From positions 930,001 to 994,000 of the forward strand of contig OZ237736.1 in assembly GCA_965178125.1 (NCBI GenBank): a stretch of DNA of 64,000 nt, in the 5' to 3' direction. Below are positions 63,105 to 64,000 of the stretch, piece after piece; within the stretch, counting starts at the first letter, position 1, and every line of letters begins with the position of its first letter. Below the pieces are notes generated by a model. The model was given only the letters and a program-made list of their open reading frames with translations. It did no database searches and was not told where the DNA came from. The DNA is from Bilabrum cf. latius (lineage: Eukaryota). A program made the position numbers and the translations under genes.

Positions 63105-64000
63105 ATGGACGACATTCTCGTTGACGGAGAAAAACCACAATATACAGCGAAGGGTGCAAACACACTGCGCGGTGGAAAGCGCCAGTATGGATGCAGAATA
63201 TTGCAAGGAAACTTCGAGGAGCAACGGTATGAGCCTGGAATCTATGAAGGCAGGGAGTATGGGTCATTTGTCACCGAAGAAAGCGCTCGGTAGGCAGCAG
63301 GTAAGAACATTGACCAGTACTACTGAATTGATCGCCATGATTTCCCCGGCATGGACTCATGCTTGGAGTCATTTGATTCATTTGCGCAGTTGCTGGAAAG
63401 AAGCCCCGCGTGTTCGGACAGAGAGTCATGGAGCGCTTGGAGGAGGACGAAAGGGGGTCGAGGTACGACTACAGAAATACTATTCTTCCAGACAAGGCCG
63501 CAGACCCCACGAAGTGGACAAGCACCATCAAAGCCTCATACCGGCCGACAGGTCAGCCCGCGGATGAAACCGTCAGGGCAACCTCAGGAACCTTTCAAAT
63601 GCCATTGCATCCTCTCAAAGATGACAAAGAATAGAGAGAAAAGTACAGGCTGCGCTGGATCACCGGGTAGCTCCCATCTGCGACGAAGGGGCGGTTCCAG
63701 TCATCAATGGCCGAGGCGCAGGCCGGGGCCGTCGCGCCGCGTTTCAGGCCCCCACCGACACGAAAGCTCGTGGCAGTGCCAAAGTCAATGGAGATTTTGC
63801 GAGAGCGAGCCATCACCCGCCATGGGGCGTGGGCTCCGGTGCTGCTGCGCCGAGCCTTCGAGGTCGCCGAAGTGTCCGACGGGAGGGCCGGCCTGAGCAA
63901 GGAGGAGCTCGTCACACTGCTGCAGGACGCGGGGCTGTCCATGTCGGTTGACGAGGCGGACGAAGTATTCCTCTTCCTGGACTCTGACGGCTCCGGCTCG
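63105..64000 (+). CDS. Calcyphosin-like EF-hand protein, runs off the window end
   Basis: Intron 63301-63389 and 3 TAGs. Ends in the EF loop FLFLDSDGSGS. Start codon uncertain. Confidence 0.6.

Noticed and set aside
138-64000. Mass pseudogenisation or sequencing errors as the cause of the internal stops
   Set aside because: Only TAG occurs internally, never TAA, TGA or frameshifts. Essential genes keep intact motifs, and a TAG is preserved in both copies of the duplication.
138-64000. Pyrrolysine, selenocysteine or programmed readthrough
   Set aside because: TAGs are numerous per gene, non-catalytic, sometimes adjacent, and align with Gln. No Pyl machinery is present, and TGA acts as a stop.
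138-64000. Ciliate-type code 6 (UAA and UAG both Gln)
   Set aside because: No internal TAA was found against more than 100 internal TAGs, and four genes end at TAA.
1-64000. Suppressor tRNA-CUA, other tRNA/rRNA genes, or eRF1 in this window
   Set aside because: I saw no cloverleaf, rRNA-like or eRF1-like sequence by eye. A tRNAscan-SE run is needed to exclude them formally.

Overview
This is a gene-dense, GC-rich eukaryotic nuclear window from a flagellated protist. The protein style resembles a stramenopile or bicosoecid, but that placement is inference only. The main result is a non-standard genetic code. Reading TAG as a sense codon joins the fragmented ORF track into about 20 intact genes. 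They carry roughly 125-130 in-frame TAG codons by manual count, with no internal TAA or TGA once about 15 short GT-AG introns (82-117 nt) are removed. Every complete gene ends in TGA or TAA. At conserved positions (UBE2O UBC domain, SPB1, RPAP3, LRR repeats, a Gfo/Idh/MocA Rossmann motif) TAG aligns with Gln. The code is therefore UAG=Gln with UAA/UGA=stop, as in translation table 15, which decouples UAG from UAA. Genes found: XPC/RAD4, a 2OG-Fe(II) oxygenase, UBE2O, RAD52, RPAP3, a Nudix hydrolase, a ~2,685-aa RING-H2 protein, a trefoil+DUF5054 glycosidase-like protein, a Gfo/Idh/MocA oxidoreductase, SPB1/FTSJ3, an EF-hand-fused Kv channel, an AspH-like hydroxylase, a PKD2-like channel, an LRR protein, RPS28, EF-hand proteins and several orphans. 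A locally rearranged region at 29.8-36.3 kb contains segmental duplications and 8-mer tandem repeats. All coordinates and alignments were done by eye and from recalled family consensus; no searches were run.
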